Source: Macrostomum lignano
Lineage: Eukaryota
Assembly (NCBI GenBank): GCA_002269645.1
Contig: NIVC01003903.1
Coordinates: 6,457-70,456 of the forward strand
Length of the DNA: 64,000 bases
Direction of reading: 5' to 3'
Shown: piece by piece, positions 12,251-24,356 of the stretch
How positions within the stretch are numbered: position 1 is the first letter of the stretch
How the letters are laid out: each line of letters opens with the position of its first letter
Translations under genes and position numbers: made by a program
The notes under the pieces: model-generated
The model's input: only the letters and a program-made list of their open reading frames with translations
Databases searched by the model: none
Told to the model about the DNA's origin: nothing

Positions 12251-12971
12251 AGCGGCCTACCGGTCCGACGGCACCGGTCGCCAGCGCCAGCCATCGGCGC
12301 CAAGCACCGCCGTGGAGGAGGCCGCCGACAGTGACTCCAGCGGCAGCCGAGTCCGGGTCCTGACGCCCAGCTGCCAGCTGTGCGAGCTGCACACTCTGCT
12401 GCGGGATCGCGACACCAGCCGGTCGGATTTCGTATTCTACGCTGACAGGCTGATTCGACTGCTGGTTGAGGAAGCGCTGAACTACCTGCCCTACCAGTCC
12501 CTGTCGGTGCTGACGCCAGGCGGGCATCCCTACGACGGCCTGCGCGCCTCCCGCGGCAGCTGCGGCATCAGCGTTATGCCGTCTGGCGAAGCGATGGAGA
12601 AAGGCCTGCGCGACTGTTGCCGGGCAATCCGCATCGGCAAGATGCTCATCCAGGGAGGCGACTGCGCTGGCGGCGACTGCGCCGACGCACCGGAGCCGGT
12701 GTACGTCCGTCTGCCGCCTCGGGTGCACCAGCGTCGAGTCCTGCTGATGCAGCCAGTGCTTGGCGACGGCCGAGTTGCCACCAAAGCCCTGCAGCTGCTA
12801 ACCGAGGATTATCAGGTGCCCGAGTCGAATCTGTTTCTGCTTAATCTGTTCTCAACTCGGCACGGCTTAGACTCTGTGCTGTCGGAGTATCCGGACGTTC
12901 GGGTGCTCACTACCGAGGTGCACGATCTGGTGCCGTATCACTTCTGCGCCAGGTATTTCGGCATCGACTGA
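12251..12971 (+). CDS. UPRT: Uracil phosphoribosyltransferase homolog (metazoan type), main exon; probable first exon 11450-11547
   Basis: LHTLLRDRDTSRSDFVFYADRLIRLLVEEALNYLP, SGEAMEKGLRDCCRAIRIGKMLIQ and TTEVH...YFGID closely match metazoan UPRT as recalled. The exon has no in-frame ATG. ATG 11450 to donor AG|GTAAGA (11547/11548) is phase 2 and fits acceptor CGCAG|A (12250/12251); the first exon is tentative. Confidence 0.9.
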
Positions 12972-13194
12972 ATGGATGTTTTACTCATTTTTTCAGATTT
13001 TAACCATCCTGCTTGAAGGTATTCTAAATTAAATTTATCGTCATGAGACTCTTTAATACTAACCAGAATTTTGATCAAGTCAAGGATGTCTGGAATCTGT
13101 CATTTTTAAACTCGAACTCACTGGTTTCTGTATTCATATCCTTGTTGTTTTCTAACCTTTGATGCAAGGATTTTTCAAACATATTTATGGATTT

Positions 13195-13445
13195 CTGTTT
13201 GATTCCTAATCCATAGCCTTCCAGATTATAATCCATGGATTTCAAAATCCGAATCTATGGATTTTCAGATTCTAATCCTTGGATTTCCAAATCCTAATCC
13301 ATGGGTTTCCAAATCCTAATCCATTGGTTTCCAAATCCTAATCCACGGATTTCCAGATTCTAATCCATGGATTTCCAGATCCAATTATTGGATTTCAAAA
13401 TCCTAATCCATTGGTTTCCAAATCCGAATGCAGGGATTTATAAAT
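13195..13445. repeat. Degenerate 21-bp repeat (CTAATCCATGGATTTCCAGAT)
   Basis: Read directly. Confidence 0.8.
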
Positions 13446-14039
13446 TCCAATCAATTAATCCCTAGAGCAGCCCATAGATTGTGAGGGATATTGTTTTGTA
13501 TTTATTTCAATGCTTGCATTGCCTTTTATTCATGATTTTTATATGACTATCCAGTTAACCTTATACCCATTATTTAACATTAACACATTTAAAAAAATTA
13601 ATGCCATAATTCACTGTTAATAATGTTGCCAATAGTATGTAGTGCTCATTATGTGCCCCTTTTTGACAAAATTTCGCTCATGACTTTGTCAATTGAGTTG
13701 GCTGTCGCTCTGTCAATGAGGTAAACTGCATCTGAACTTTGTACATAAAAACTATAGGGCAAAGTTTGGGATCAGAATAGTTTGTGGGATTTGTCAAAAT
13801 ATTTTTGTCACATTTTTATCCATTTTTTACTGGCTGCATTTTATCACACAAAACTTCAAAAACTGTATCGGCGTTTTAGGGCAATTTTTATCTTTTGTTT
13901 TATTGTTTGCCTTCTGTGTCATTGCAAACTTCGGGACTGCATCGCATCAACCATGTGACTTCATGAGTCCACGTCTCATTCCTCACCCCCATCGCGTCCA
14001 TATTCTCACTTTCCAATTCTCTCTAGATCCTCATGCCCC

Positions 14040-14730
14040 AATTCTCATTATCTTCAGATCCCATCTCCAGATCCCCATTCCAAGACCCCCATTCCCCCTA
14101 GATCCCATTCCCCATATCCTCATTCCCTTCAGATCCCCATTCCAAGACCCCCATTCCTTCTAGATCCCATTCCCCAGATCCTCATTCCCTTTAGATCCCC
14201 ATTCCAAGACCCCCATTCCTTCTAGATCCCATTCCCCAGATCCTCATTCCCTTCAGATCCCCATTCCAAGACCCCCATTCCTTCTAGATCCCATTCCCCA
14301 GATCCTCATTCCCTTTAGATCCCCATTCCAAGACCCCCATTCCCCATAGATCCCATTCCCCAGATCCTCATTCCCTTCAGATCCCCATTCCAAGACCCCC
14401 ATTCCCCATAGATCCCATTCCCCAGATCCTCATTCCCTTCAGATCCCCATTCCAAGACCCCTATTCCCCATAGATCCCATTCCCCAGATCCTCATTCCCT
14501 TCAGATCCCCATTCCAAGACCCCCATTCCCCATAGATCCCCATTCCCTCTAGATCCCCAATCCTTCCAGATCCCCATTCCAAGACCCCATTTCCCCCTCG
14601 ATCCCCATTCCCCAGATCCTCATTCCCTTTAGACCCTCATTCCCTTTAGATCACCATCTTCAGATTCCAATTTCCAGATCCCCAATCCCTCCAGATCCCC
14701 ATACCCTCCAGATCCCCATCCTCTAATTCT
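14040..14730. repeat. C-rich minisatellite; ~62-bp higher-order unit of AGATCCCCATTCC-like subunits
   Basis: 62-bp period seen at 14221 versus 14283. Confidence 0.9.
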
Positions 14731-15254
14731 CCCATCTGATCGGAGCTGCATGTAATTTACTTCATTTTTTGTGTGTCCTTCTATCTGGCTTTCAACAACA
14801 TATCGAGTGCCGCACTGTTCCCACGTCCAAAAAATTGTATTTTTTATCGCAAAATTTATCACGAGAGTTCCCAAATCTGCTATACTATTTAAGCAATGGC
14901 CAAGACCATTTTTAATTGCGTTTTAGGCATCGATTGTATTTTGTTTATTTTTGATTGACCCTGATTGGCAAACTGGTGAACTTGATCTCTTAGACAACTT
15001 TTCCTAATGTACTCGTATTTTGCTACTTGTCAATCGCATCTGCATTGTGCTACCAATATACATTTTGTTTGGCGAATTTTTTAAAAAAATTGACCTGATT
15101 TTATCATTTCGTATAAGGCATGAATTTCAGTGAAAATTATATGCTTGTAGTAATTCTCCTCCCTTTGTCCTCTGTTGACTTTCCCTTTATCCACATATCC
15201 ATGCGCCACATCCCATGTCACTTATTTCCTTTCCTAATAACCCAATTTTTACCG

Positions 15255-15500
15255 ATACCCTTTACCCGATCCCCATGCCCGAATCCCCATGCTCGAATCC
15301 CCTTTACCCGATCCCCATGCCCGAATCCCCTTTTCCCGATCCCCATGCCCGAATCCCCATGCTCGAATCCCCTTTTCCCGATCCCCATGCCCGAATCCCC
15401 ATGCCTGAATCCACTTTTCACGATCCCCATGCCCGAATCCCCATGCCTGAATCCACTTTTCACGATCCCCATGCCCGAATCCCCCATGCATGAATCCACC
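15255..15500. repeat. C-rich repeat (CCCGATCCCCATGCCCGAATCCCCAT...)
   Basis: Read directly; source of spurious ORFs 15120-15542. Confidence 0.9.
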
Positions 15501-15662
15501 TTCCCTGATCGCCATGTCCCAATCATTTCCATTGATTTTTAATAGATCCCTTTGTTCGATCTATTCATATGTTCCCAAATGTCAATTTTTTAAATAAATC
15601 TGCCAAATAGACTTCTCAATCTCAGCTACTCCAAGCCTCTTCATCACATTGCTCGCCCGCAG

Positions 15663-16682
15663 GCATCCCCGGCCGCAGTCCGCCTTGGCCGCGACTTCTA
15701 CGCCCGCGACTGCGTGGAGCTGGCTAAGCGGCTGCTGGGCCAGCGCCTGGTCTGCGAGGCCTCGGACCCCAGCGGCTGCCGCTCAGCCGGCCGCATAGTG
15801 GAAACTGAGGCCTACCTGGGCGAGGCTGACCCGGCCGCGCACTCTTACAGAGGCCCAACTGAGCGCAACGCCGCTATGTTCATGCAGCCGGGCACCTGCT
15901 ACGTGTACAGCATCTACGGCCAGTACTGCTGCATCAACGTATCATCCAATGGCGACGGTTGCGCAGTACTAATCCGCGCCTTGGAACCGTGCGAAGGCGA
16001 GTCGGCTATGCAGTCGCGACGCGGCAAATTCGGTAAAACTACTAATAGTAGCAATAATACCGTTGGCGCAAAATTGTTGAAACCGCACGAGCTGTGCAAC
16101 GGTCCGTCCAAGCTGTGCCAAGCACTAGCAATTGATAAGCTGACTCATAATAAAACTGACATGTGCGATCCGGCTGCCCGGGTGTACATTGAGTCGGCGC
16201 CCGGCCCGCCAACCAATCAGATTGTCACTTCGCGGCGGATCGGTATTGACGGCTGCGGGCCGGCCGCCGCCGCCATGCCGCTGCGATTCTATTGGCTCGG
16301 CTGTTCCTGCGTTAGCCGGCGAGATAAGGACGCGGAGGCTTTGACGGCGCCAGCCGAGGCGGCAACATCAAAGGCGTCAACTAATGCCAACTTGCCAACT
16401 TCAAAGCAGATATCGCAAGCAACTTCAAAGGCACCGCCGCCAAATTCAAAGGCACCGCCGCCAACTTTAAAGGCACCGCCGCCAACTTCAAAGGCACCGC
16501 CGCCAACTTCAAAGGCACCGCCGCCAACTTCAAAGGCACCGCCGCCGCCAACTTCAAAGGCACCGCCGCCAACTTCAAAGGCACCGCCGCCGCCAACTTC
16601 AAAGACGTCGGCTAGGCCTAAATCACAAATCCGGAATGCCGATTCCGATTCGTCGCCACCCAAACGAAAGCGGCTTCGCTAG
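15663..16682 (+). CDS. MPG: DNA-3-methyladenine glycosylase (MPG/AAG), main exon; 5' exon not identified
   Basis: RLGRDFYARDCVELAKRLLGQRL, GRIVETEAYLG, YVYSIYG, AVLIRALEP, NGPSKLCQAL, SRRIGI and PLRFY are family motifs. Acceptor CCCGCAG|GCA at 15662/15663 is in frame. C-terminal TSKAPPP repeats and PKRKRLR. Confidence 0.92.
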   Translation, partial: ASPAAVRLGRDFYARDCVELAKRLLGQRLVCEASDPSGCRSAGRIVETEAYLGEADPAAHSYRGPTERNAAMFMQPGTCYVYSIYGQYCCINVSSNGDGCAVLIRALEPCEGESAMQSRRGKFGKTTNSSNNTVGAKLLKPHELCNGPSKLCQALAIDKLTHNKTDMCDPAARVYIESAPGPPTNQIVTSRRIGIDGCGPAAAAMPLRFYWLGCSCVSRRDKDAEALTAPAEAATSKASTNANLPTSKQISQATSKAPPPNSKAPPPTLKAPPPTSKAPPPTSKAPPPTSKAPPPPTSKAPPPTSKAPPPPTSKTSARPKSQIRNADSDSSPPKRKRLR

Positions 16683-17084
16683 TTAGAATATAATTTCCAT
16701 TTCCATGCGTAGCTGATGTTTTTATTATTGTTTTCTATAATCACTCTCGGCATATTTTTCAACGTATTCAACGATGCCTCTAATAGGCATTTTGACATTC
16801 CACTTACGCTCGTACTAAGCAGTAGTATTGGCAGATTTAAAAAATATTTTTGTAGTAGCATAAATTAGCCTCTATTTGCACTTGTTTTAATGCTATTTGC
16901 AGTCATATATAAAAAAGAAACAATTTTTCCTATCACAAAATTCTTTCTTGTAACCGTTGATTACGCTCAATTAAGCTTGTTTTATTTGTTACATTTGTAT
17001 TTGCCCTATTTTTTCTAGTCATTAATTTTCAACTTTTACCGGCACTCTTTAGTTGCTGGCTCGCCCTCCTAGGTAGATTTTCAG

Positions 17085-17716
17085 GCTGGCCCTCCCAGAT
17101 CCTCAGGGTAGCCCTCTCAGATCCTCAGGCTGGCCCTCTCAGATCCTCAGACTGGCCCTCCCAGATCCTCAGGCTGGCCCTCTCAGATCCTCAGACTGGC
17201 CCTCCCAGATCCTCAGACTGGCCCTCCCAGATTCTCAGGGTAGCCCTCTCAGATCCTCAGGCTGGCCCTCTCAGATCCTCAGACTGGCCCTCCCAGATCC
17301 TCAGGCTGACCCTCTCAGATCCTCAGACTGGCCCTCCCAGATCCTCAGGCTGGCCCTCTCAGATCCTCAGACTGGCCCTCCCAGATCCTCAGACTGGCCC
17401 TCCCAGATCCTCAGGCTGGCCCTCTCAGATCCTCAGACTGGCCCTCCCAGATCCTCAGGCTGGCCCTCCCAGATCCTCAGGCTGGCCCTCTCAGATCCTC
17501 AGACTGGCCCTCTCATATCCTCAGACTGGCCCTCCCAGATCCTCAGGCTGGCCCTCTCAGATCCTCAGACTGGCCCTCCCAGATCCTCAGACTGGCCCTC
17601 CCAGATCCTCAGACTGGCCCTCCCAGATCCTCAGACTGGCCCTCCCAGATCCTCAGGCTGGCCCTCCCAGATCCTCAGGCTGGCCCTCTCAGATCCTCAG
17701 ACTGGCCCTCCCAGAT
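17085..17716. repeat. 22-bp minisatellite (GGCCCTCCCAGATCCTCAGACT)n upstream of STX5, possibly a 5'UTR intron
   Basis: Read directly; preceded by donor-like CTAG|GTAGAT near 17071. Confidence 0.95.
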
Positions 17717-17785
17717 CCCATAGCAGTTGCCAAGCGCCTCACAACGAAAATTTCCCATCGCGCTCCCTTTTGCAGCTCAGCCCCC

Positions 17786-19131
17786 ATGAACGGTGAATTT
17801 GGCGCCAGGCATCGGCGCGAGCCAGTCGGCGCCAGCTGGGGTCGCTCTGGCGCCTGGCAGGAAACTTACTACGGCTCCCCGGCGCCGTCACCGCCTGCCG
17901 CGTCTGGTTTTAGCGCCACGGCGCCGGCGTCAAACGCGTCGATGGCGCCTTCGTTGCCGAGCGGCGGCGCCGGCGGTTGTCGCGATCGGACGCCGGAATT
18001 TCGCGCCGTCGTCTCCCAGATGTGCGGCCTTGGCGGCGGTGCCGCCGGTTGGCGCCGAAGAGCTGGCGCCACACCAGGCGCCGTTGGCGAGTCCCGTTTC
18101 GCAATGCACGCGCGCCAAATTGGCGCCAATTTGAATCGGACAGGCGCCAAAATGCAGAAACTGGCGCTGCTGGCCGGGCGTACCGCCACCGGGCATCAAC
18201 AGCTGCCGGTTTCTGTCGGAGAGTTCGACGAGCTCGCCAGGATTGTCGGTCAGGTGAGAGTGCAACTTCTGACTGGCGATATGTATCGTAAATAACTTTG
18301 TTTAGCGTAAAAGCTGCGTTAAATTTTTAAACAAAGCTGATGAAATTTGGTAAAATTTAATAGTTTAAATATTGGAATTCCATCCCAATGTCTATCCTAA
18401 TTATTCCCATTCTTATCCTCTATCTGAGGTTAAGCAGAGTCGGTTGTGGTTAGTATGCAACTTCAATATCCGAGAAGCTTAAAAGCGGGTATATTGCTAC
18501 TCTACTGTTAGTAATATCAGCTTGATCGGAAAAACCGGCACTTGCACAGGATCTGAACGGCCTGAACCAGTCGATCGGATTGCTGCAAGACTCCATCAGG
18601 CACAGCGGCGCATCTCCGCACGGCCAGTCGGCAGCCCACAGTAGCGCTGTAGTGCTGGCGCTGCAGACCCGTCTGGCCGACATGTCCGGCCGGTATCAGG
18701 ACACTGTCCAGCTGAAGCAGCAGCAGCAGAAGCAACACCAGGCCGCCTATCAATCTGATTCGATGCACCGCAGTCAATCTGACGCTTCGGTCATTGACAT
18801 GTCGGGCATCGTGGAGCAGCACCAGCGGCAGGGCCAGGTGCTCGCCAATGCGCGGGAGCAGGACGAGCGGGACGATGCAATGCGAAGCATCGAACAGACC
18901 ATGGTGGACCTCGGCTCCGTGTTCCAGCAGCTCGCCACCATTGTGAAGGAGCAGGACGAGCTGGTGCACCGTATCGGAGCCAGCGTTGACGACACCGCCC
19001 TCAACGTCGATGTGGCTCACGCGGAATTGTTAAAATTTTTCAAATCTTTAACCTCAAATAGGAGCTTAATGCTGAAGGTGTTCGGCCTGCTTGTCATTTT
19101 CTTTGTCTTGTTTGTTGTGTTTCTGCGATGA
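17786..19131 (+). CDS. STX5: Syntaxin-5 (Qa-SNARE), ~349 aa; exons 17786-18253 and 18550-19131
   Basis: CRDRTPEF N-peptide; FDELARIVGQ|DLNGLNQSIGLLQ matches STX5 IEELTYIIKQDINSLNKQIAQLQ; SNARE motif IEQTMVDLGSVFQQLATIVKEQDELVHRI; SNRSLMLKVFGLLVIFFVLFVVF TM anchor. Phase-0 intron CAG|GTGAGA...CACAG|GAT. Confidence 0.93.
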
Positions 19132-19234
19132 GAGTCTTTTTATGAGAGTAATTTGCCTCAGTGCTGTGGCGTCTCTGACATCTGGCTTTATTGGTGCCGT
19201 TGTTTGCTGTCTGAGATTTCATACTGATATATTG

Positions 19235-20285
19235 GTGAGAATATCTAGCCCAGGTATGAGATTAGAGATTAGGCATCTACTAAAATAAATGAGAATATGA
19301 GATTAGAGATTATATATCTAATAAAATAGGTGAGATTATCTAGCCAAGGTATGAGATTTGAGATTTGACATCTACATGGTGAGAATATCTAGTCCAGGTA
19401 TGAGATTATAGCTTAGACATCTACATAGGTGAGAATATCTAGCCCAGGTATGAGATTAGAGATTTCACATCTACATGGTGAGAATATCTAGCCCAGGTAT
19501 GAGATTAGAGGTTAGACATCTACATGGTGAGAATATCTAGTCCAGGTATGAGATTATAGCTTAGACATCTACATAGGTGATAATATCTAGCCCAGGTATG
19601 AGATTAGAGATTTCACATCTACATGGTGACAATATCTAGCCCAGGTATGAGATTATAGATTTCACATCTACATGGTGAGAATATCTAGTCCAGGTATGAG
19701 ATTATAGCTTAGACATCTACATAGGTGATAATATCTAGCCCAGGTATGAGATTAGATGTTAGACATCTACATAGGTGATAATATCTAGCCAAGGTATGAG
19801 ATTAGATGTTAGACATCTACATAGGTGATAATATCTAGCCCAGGTATGAGATTAGATGTTAGACATCTACATAGGTGATAATATCTAGCCAAGGTATGAG
19901 ATTAGATGTTAGACATCTACATAGGTGATAATATCTAGCCCAGGTATGAGATTAGATGTTAGACATCTACATAGGTGATAATATCTAGCCAATGTATGAG
20001 ATTAGATGTTAGACATCTACATAGGTGATAATATCTAGCCCAGGTATGAGATTAGATGTTAGACATCTACATAGGTGATAATATCTAGCCCAGGTATGAG
20101 ATTAGATGTTAGACATCTACATGGTGAGAATATCTAGCCAAGGTATGAGATTAGATGTTAGACATCTACATAGGTGATAATATCTAGCCCAGGTATGAGA
20201 TTAGATGTTAGACATCTACATAGGTGATAATATCTAGCCAATGTATGAGATTAGAGATTTAAATCTAAAATAGGTGAGAATAAAG
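19235..20285. repeat. 50-bp minisatellite (ATATCTAGCCCAGGTATGAGATTAGATGTTAGACATCTACATAGGTGATA)n
   Basis: 50-bp period seen at 19741 versus 19791. Confidence 0.95.
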
Positions 20286-20929
20286 ATTTGACATCTAAAT
20301 GGGTGAGAATTTCCTGCTAGGAGATGAGATCATATTTTATGTGTGAGATATACTGCAGAGAATCTAATTTACCCGAGTCTAATTGCTGTACCTCTCGGAT
20401 CTCGTGTTATCAAAGCTAAGACAAAACAGCACCAGCAGTTTAATATTATAAGTCTTTCGCTCATAAATATAATGTGTTTTTGTTGAGTTTAAATCATTGA
20501 TTTAATTGCTAAGTTAAAAAAAACTCGTAGATTTTTTCTCTTATGATGCAAATGGTTTCTGAATGACTGAGTGAGTTTTGAAATTCATTATTTATTTAAA
20601 CTAGCCTATTAATAACCTATTAACCTTTGTCTTGACTTTCAGTGGTGGCGGTTAAACATGTTAGGCAGATGTAATTCAATTATATAAATCATTAACTGTG
20701 TACTCTATGCTAGGCATAGCATGTGTACGCAATATTGGCCTATTTGGCTTTTATTGGAGGACCAAATTTCAATCATATATCTATTGCTGTGTCACCTTCT
20801 CGTAGCTCTGTAACGACTGTAATACAAGTGATGTTCACTGTTATTGTCACTGGAGTGCCTTCTTTGTTGCTTTATAAGTCGTTTAAGTAGGTGAATGTCT
20901 TAATGAGTTATCTATTTGGTATTGCTGTT

Positions 20930-21655
20930 CAGGACTTTAGGCTGGATCCCTCACCGATTCGTCAGGACTTTAGGCTCAATCCCTCACCGATTCTTCATGA
21001 CTTCAGACTCAATCTCCCGCCATTTCTCAGGACTTCAGACTCGATCCCTCACCGATTATTCAGGACTTCAGGCTCAATCTCCCGCCATTTCTCAGGACTT
21101 CAGACTCAATCCCTCACCGTTTCTTCAGGACTTCAGACTCAATCTCCCGCCATTTCTCAGGACTTCAGACTCGATCCCTCACCGATTATTCAGGACTTCA
21201 GGCTCAATCTCCCGCCATTTCTCAGGACTTCAGACTCGATCCCTCACCGATTATTCAGGACTTCAGGCTCAATCTCCCGCCATTTCTCAGGACTTCAGAC
21301 TCGATCCCTCACCGTTTCTTCAGGATTTCAGACTCAATCTCTCACCGTTTCTTCAGGACTTCAGACTCAATCTCTCACCGATTCTTCAGGACTTCAGACT
21401 CAATCCCTCACCGTTTCTTCAGGACTTCAGGCTCAATCTCCCGCCATTTCTCAGGACTTCAGACTCGATCCCTCACCGATTATTCAGGACTTCAGGCTCA
21501 ATCTCCCGCCATTTCTCAGGACTTCAGACTCGATCCCTCACCGATTATTCAGGACTTCAGGCTCAATCTCCCGCCATTTCTCAGGACTTCAGACTCAATC
21601 CCTCACCGATTCTTCAGGATTTCAGACTAAATCTCCCGCCACTTCTCAGGATGTT
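20930..21655. repeat. 32/33-bp alternating minisatellite (TCAGGACTTCAGACTC...) upstream of METTL1
   Basis: Two alternating unit variants (..AATCTCCCGCCATTTC and ..GATCCCTCACCGATTAT). Confidence 0.95.
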
Positions 21656-21767
21656 AGGCTAAATTCCTCAAAGCTCTTCTAGGCTTCGATCCTCAATGCT
21701 ACTCCGTACTTCAAACTCGATATTTGTCCGCTCCATTTCAGACTGCAGACTCGAGCCCTCATCCTCA

Positions 21768-23683
21768 ATGGCCTCAATAAGTGAGGAGCAGCAGCTGCCG
21801 CAGAAGCGCTATTTCCGGCAGCGGGCGCACTGCAACCCGCACTCCCGGCACAGTCTGGACTCGCCAAGCCGGCCGGCTGACGTCGACTGGCCGGGCATCT
21901 TTGCCAGCGATTTCAAAGAAGGCGACGATGTGGAATTCGCCGATGTCGGCTGCGGCTACGGCGGCATGCTGTTCGCCCTGGCCGAGCTGCACCCGGACAG
22001 GCGGGCGCTCGGCATGGAGATTCGGATTAAAGTGTGCGACTATGTGCAAGAGAAGATTCGAGCTATGCGGGCCGCTCATCCTGGTTGCTATGGCAACATT
22101 GCCTGTGTCAGGAGCAACGCTATGAAACAGTTGGTTAATTATTTTCGAAAGGTGCGCGTTCGCAGAGTTTGATAATTCTACACTCAAACAGTAACTTCTG
22201 CCAATTCCTGAGATGCCATTTTTGATCTGAAACTGTTGTCGCATCGTTGTTAGATGTGACGCATTGAGCTGAACCACAACTTGATGCATTGATTCCAGGA
22301 AATGACACCTTAATTCCAGGAAATTACACCTTGATTCCAGGAAATGACACCTTGATTCCAGGAAATGACTTCTTGGTTGCAGGAAATGACACCTTGATTC
22401 CAGGAAATGACACCTTGGTTGCAGGAAATGACACCTTGATTCCAGGAAATGACTTCTTGGTTGCAGGAAATGATACCTTGATTCCAGGAAATGACACCTT
22501 GATTCCAGGAAATGACACCTTGATTCCAGGAAATTACACCTTGATTTCAGGAAATGACACCTTGATTCCAGGAAATGACACCTTGATTCCAGGAAATGAC
22601 ACCTTGATTCCAGGAAATTACGCCTTGATTCCAGGAAATGACACCTTGATTCCAGGAAATTACACCTTGATTCCAGGAAATTACACCTTGATTCCAGGAA
22701 ATGACTTCTTGGTTGCAGGAAATGACACCTTGATTCCAGGAAATTACTTCTTGGTTGCAGGAAATGACACCTTGATTCCAGGAAATTACACCTTGATTCC
22801 AGGAAATTACACCTTGATTCCAGGAAATTACACCTTGATTTCAGGAAATGACACCTTGATTCCAGGAAATTACACCTTGATTCCAGGAAATGACACCTTG
22901 ATTCCAGGAAATTACACCTTGATTCCAGGAAATTACTTCTTGGTTGCAGGAAATGACACCTTGATTCCAGGAAATTACACCTTGATTTCAGGAAATGACA
23001 CCTTGATTCCAGGAAATTACACCTTGATTCCAGGAAATGACACCTTGATTCCAGGAAATTACACCTTGATTCCAGGAAATTACACCTTGATTCCAGGAAA
23101 TTACACCTTGATTTCAGGAAATGACACCTTGATTCCAGGAAATGACACCTTGATTCCAGGAAATGACACCTTGATTCCAGGAAATTACACCTTGATTCCA
23201 GGAAATTACTTCTTGGTTGCAGGAAATGACACCTTGATTCCAGGAAATTACACCTTGATTTCAGGAAATGACACCTTGATTCCAGGAAATTACACCTTGA
23301 TTCCAGGAAATGACACCTTGATTCCAGGAAATTACACCTTGATTCCAGGAAATTACACCTTGATTCCAGGAAATTACACCTTGATTCCAGGAAATTACTT
23401 CTTGGTTGCAGGAAATGACACCTTGATTCCAGGAAATGACACCTTGATTCCAGGAAATAATGTCTCGATTCCAAGCAATGACCAAACTTGATTCCAGAGA
23501 ATAACACCTTGATTACAGCAAATAATATCTTTATTCTTAAGTGAAACAATTTTTGGAAAGAACATCGTAATTCTAAGAAATTCACATCTTAGTTCTAGGA
23601 AATGATGCATTAATTTTCTGAAATGAAACTTGATAATTTAAGCAAAATCCGATTAGAAAATCAGAGGGCCGTTTTACACCCTG

Positions 23684-23733
<50 letters not shown>

Positions 23734-24356
23734 TGTATTTACAGAATTTACAAACGCTTGTATGTTTCTCAGTAGTCAGGGGATTGGGCAGAATCGCCTC
23801 AGTGTTGGTTATGAGACTATGTCGCTGGAAGCGTTGCGCCAGGATATACTTATATGAATTGGGTTAATAAATAATATTTATTGGCCTAGTTAAAGGGTCC
23901 AGAGAGCTTCTTTCTTGGCATCGGAGACTGTTTCTGGTTTCCTTGTACATCTCACTCGTTTCTCATTGGCCATCGCGACCCCGGCAGGGCCAGCTCAGCA
24001 AGCTGCTGTTCCTGTACCCCGATCCGCATTTCAAACGGGCCAAGCACAAATGGCGAATCATCAGCCCGGCCCTGCTAGCCGAATACGCCTACGTGCTGCG
24101 GCCGGGCGGCCGGCTCTACACGGCTACTGACGTGCCCGAACTGCACGACTGGATTGTGCAGCACGCCGCCTGCCATCCGCTGTTCCGCCAACTGTCGCCA
24201 GATGAGCTGGCGAGCGACCCATTGACGCCGCGTCTGGTCGATACGACCGAGGAGGGCCGGAAAGCTCAACGAGAGGGTTGCAGCTGCCTGCCAGCCGTGT
24301 TCGAACGGGTGCCAGATCCGGCAGATACTACTGGCCAAACTGGTGCTGTTCAGTAG
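21768..24356 (+). CDS. METTL1: tRNA (guanine-N7)-methyltransferase METTL1/Trm8, ~250 aa; exons 21768-22151 and 23988-24356
   Basis: PQKRYFRQRAHCNP, EFADVGCGYGG, GMEIRIKV, NAMK, GQLSKLLFLYPDPHFKRAKHKWRIISP. Phase-0 intron AAG|GTGCGC...GGCAG|GGC. ATG 21696 is an alternative start. Confidence 0.95.
22290..23500. repeat. 21-bp minisatellite (TTGATTCCAGGAAATGACACC)n in the METTL1 intron
   Basis: About 57 copies; source of the 603-aa and 400-aa spurious ORFs. Confidence 0.97.
23689..23730. repeat. (GT)n microsatellite
   Basis: Read directly. Confidence 0.95.

Noticed and set aside
13030-15150. Possible micro-exons or snoRNAs between the arrays upstream of MPG
   Set aside because: No canonical C/D or H/ACA box pairs, and no phase-consistent chain to the MPG acceptor could be established.
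20891-23585. ORFs of 248-603 aa over the arrays around METTL1
   Set aside because: Stop-free frames of 21-bp and 32/33-bp repeats; the METTL1 exons splice around them.
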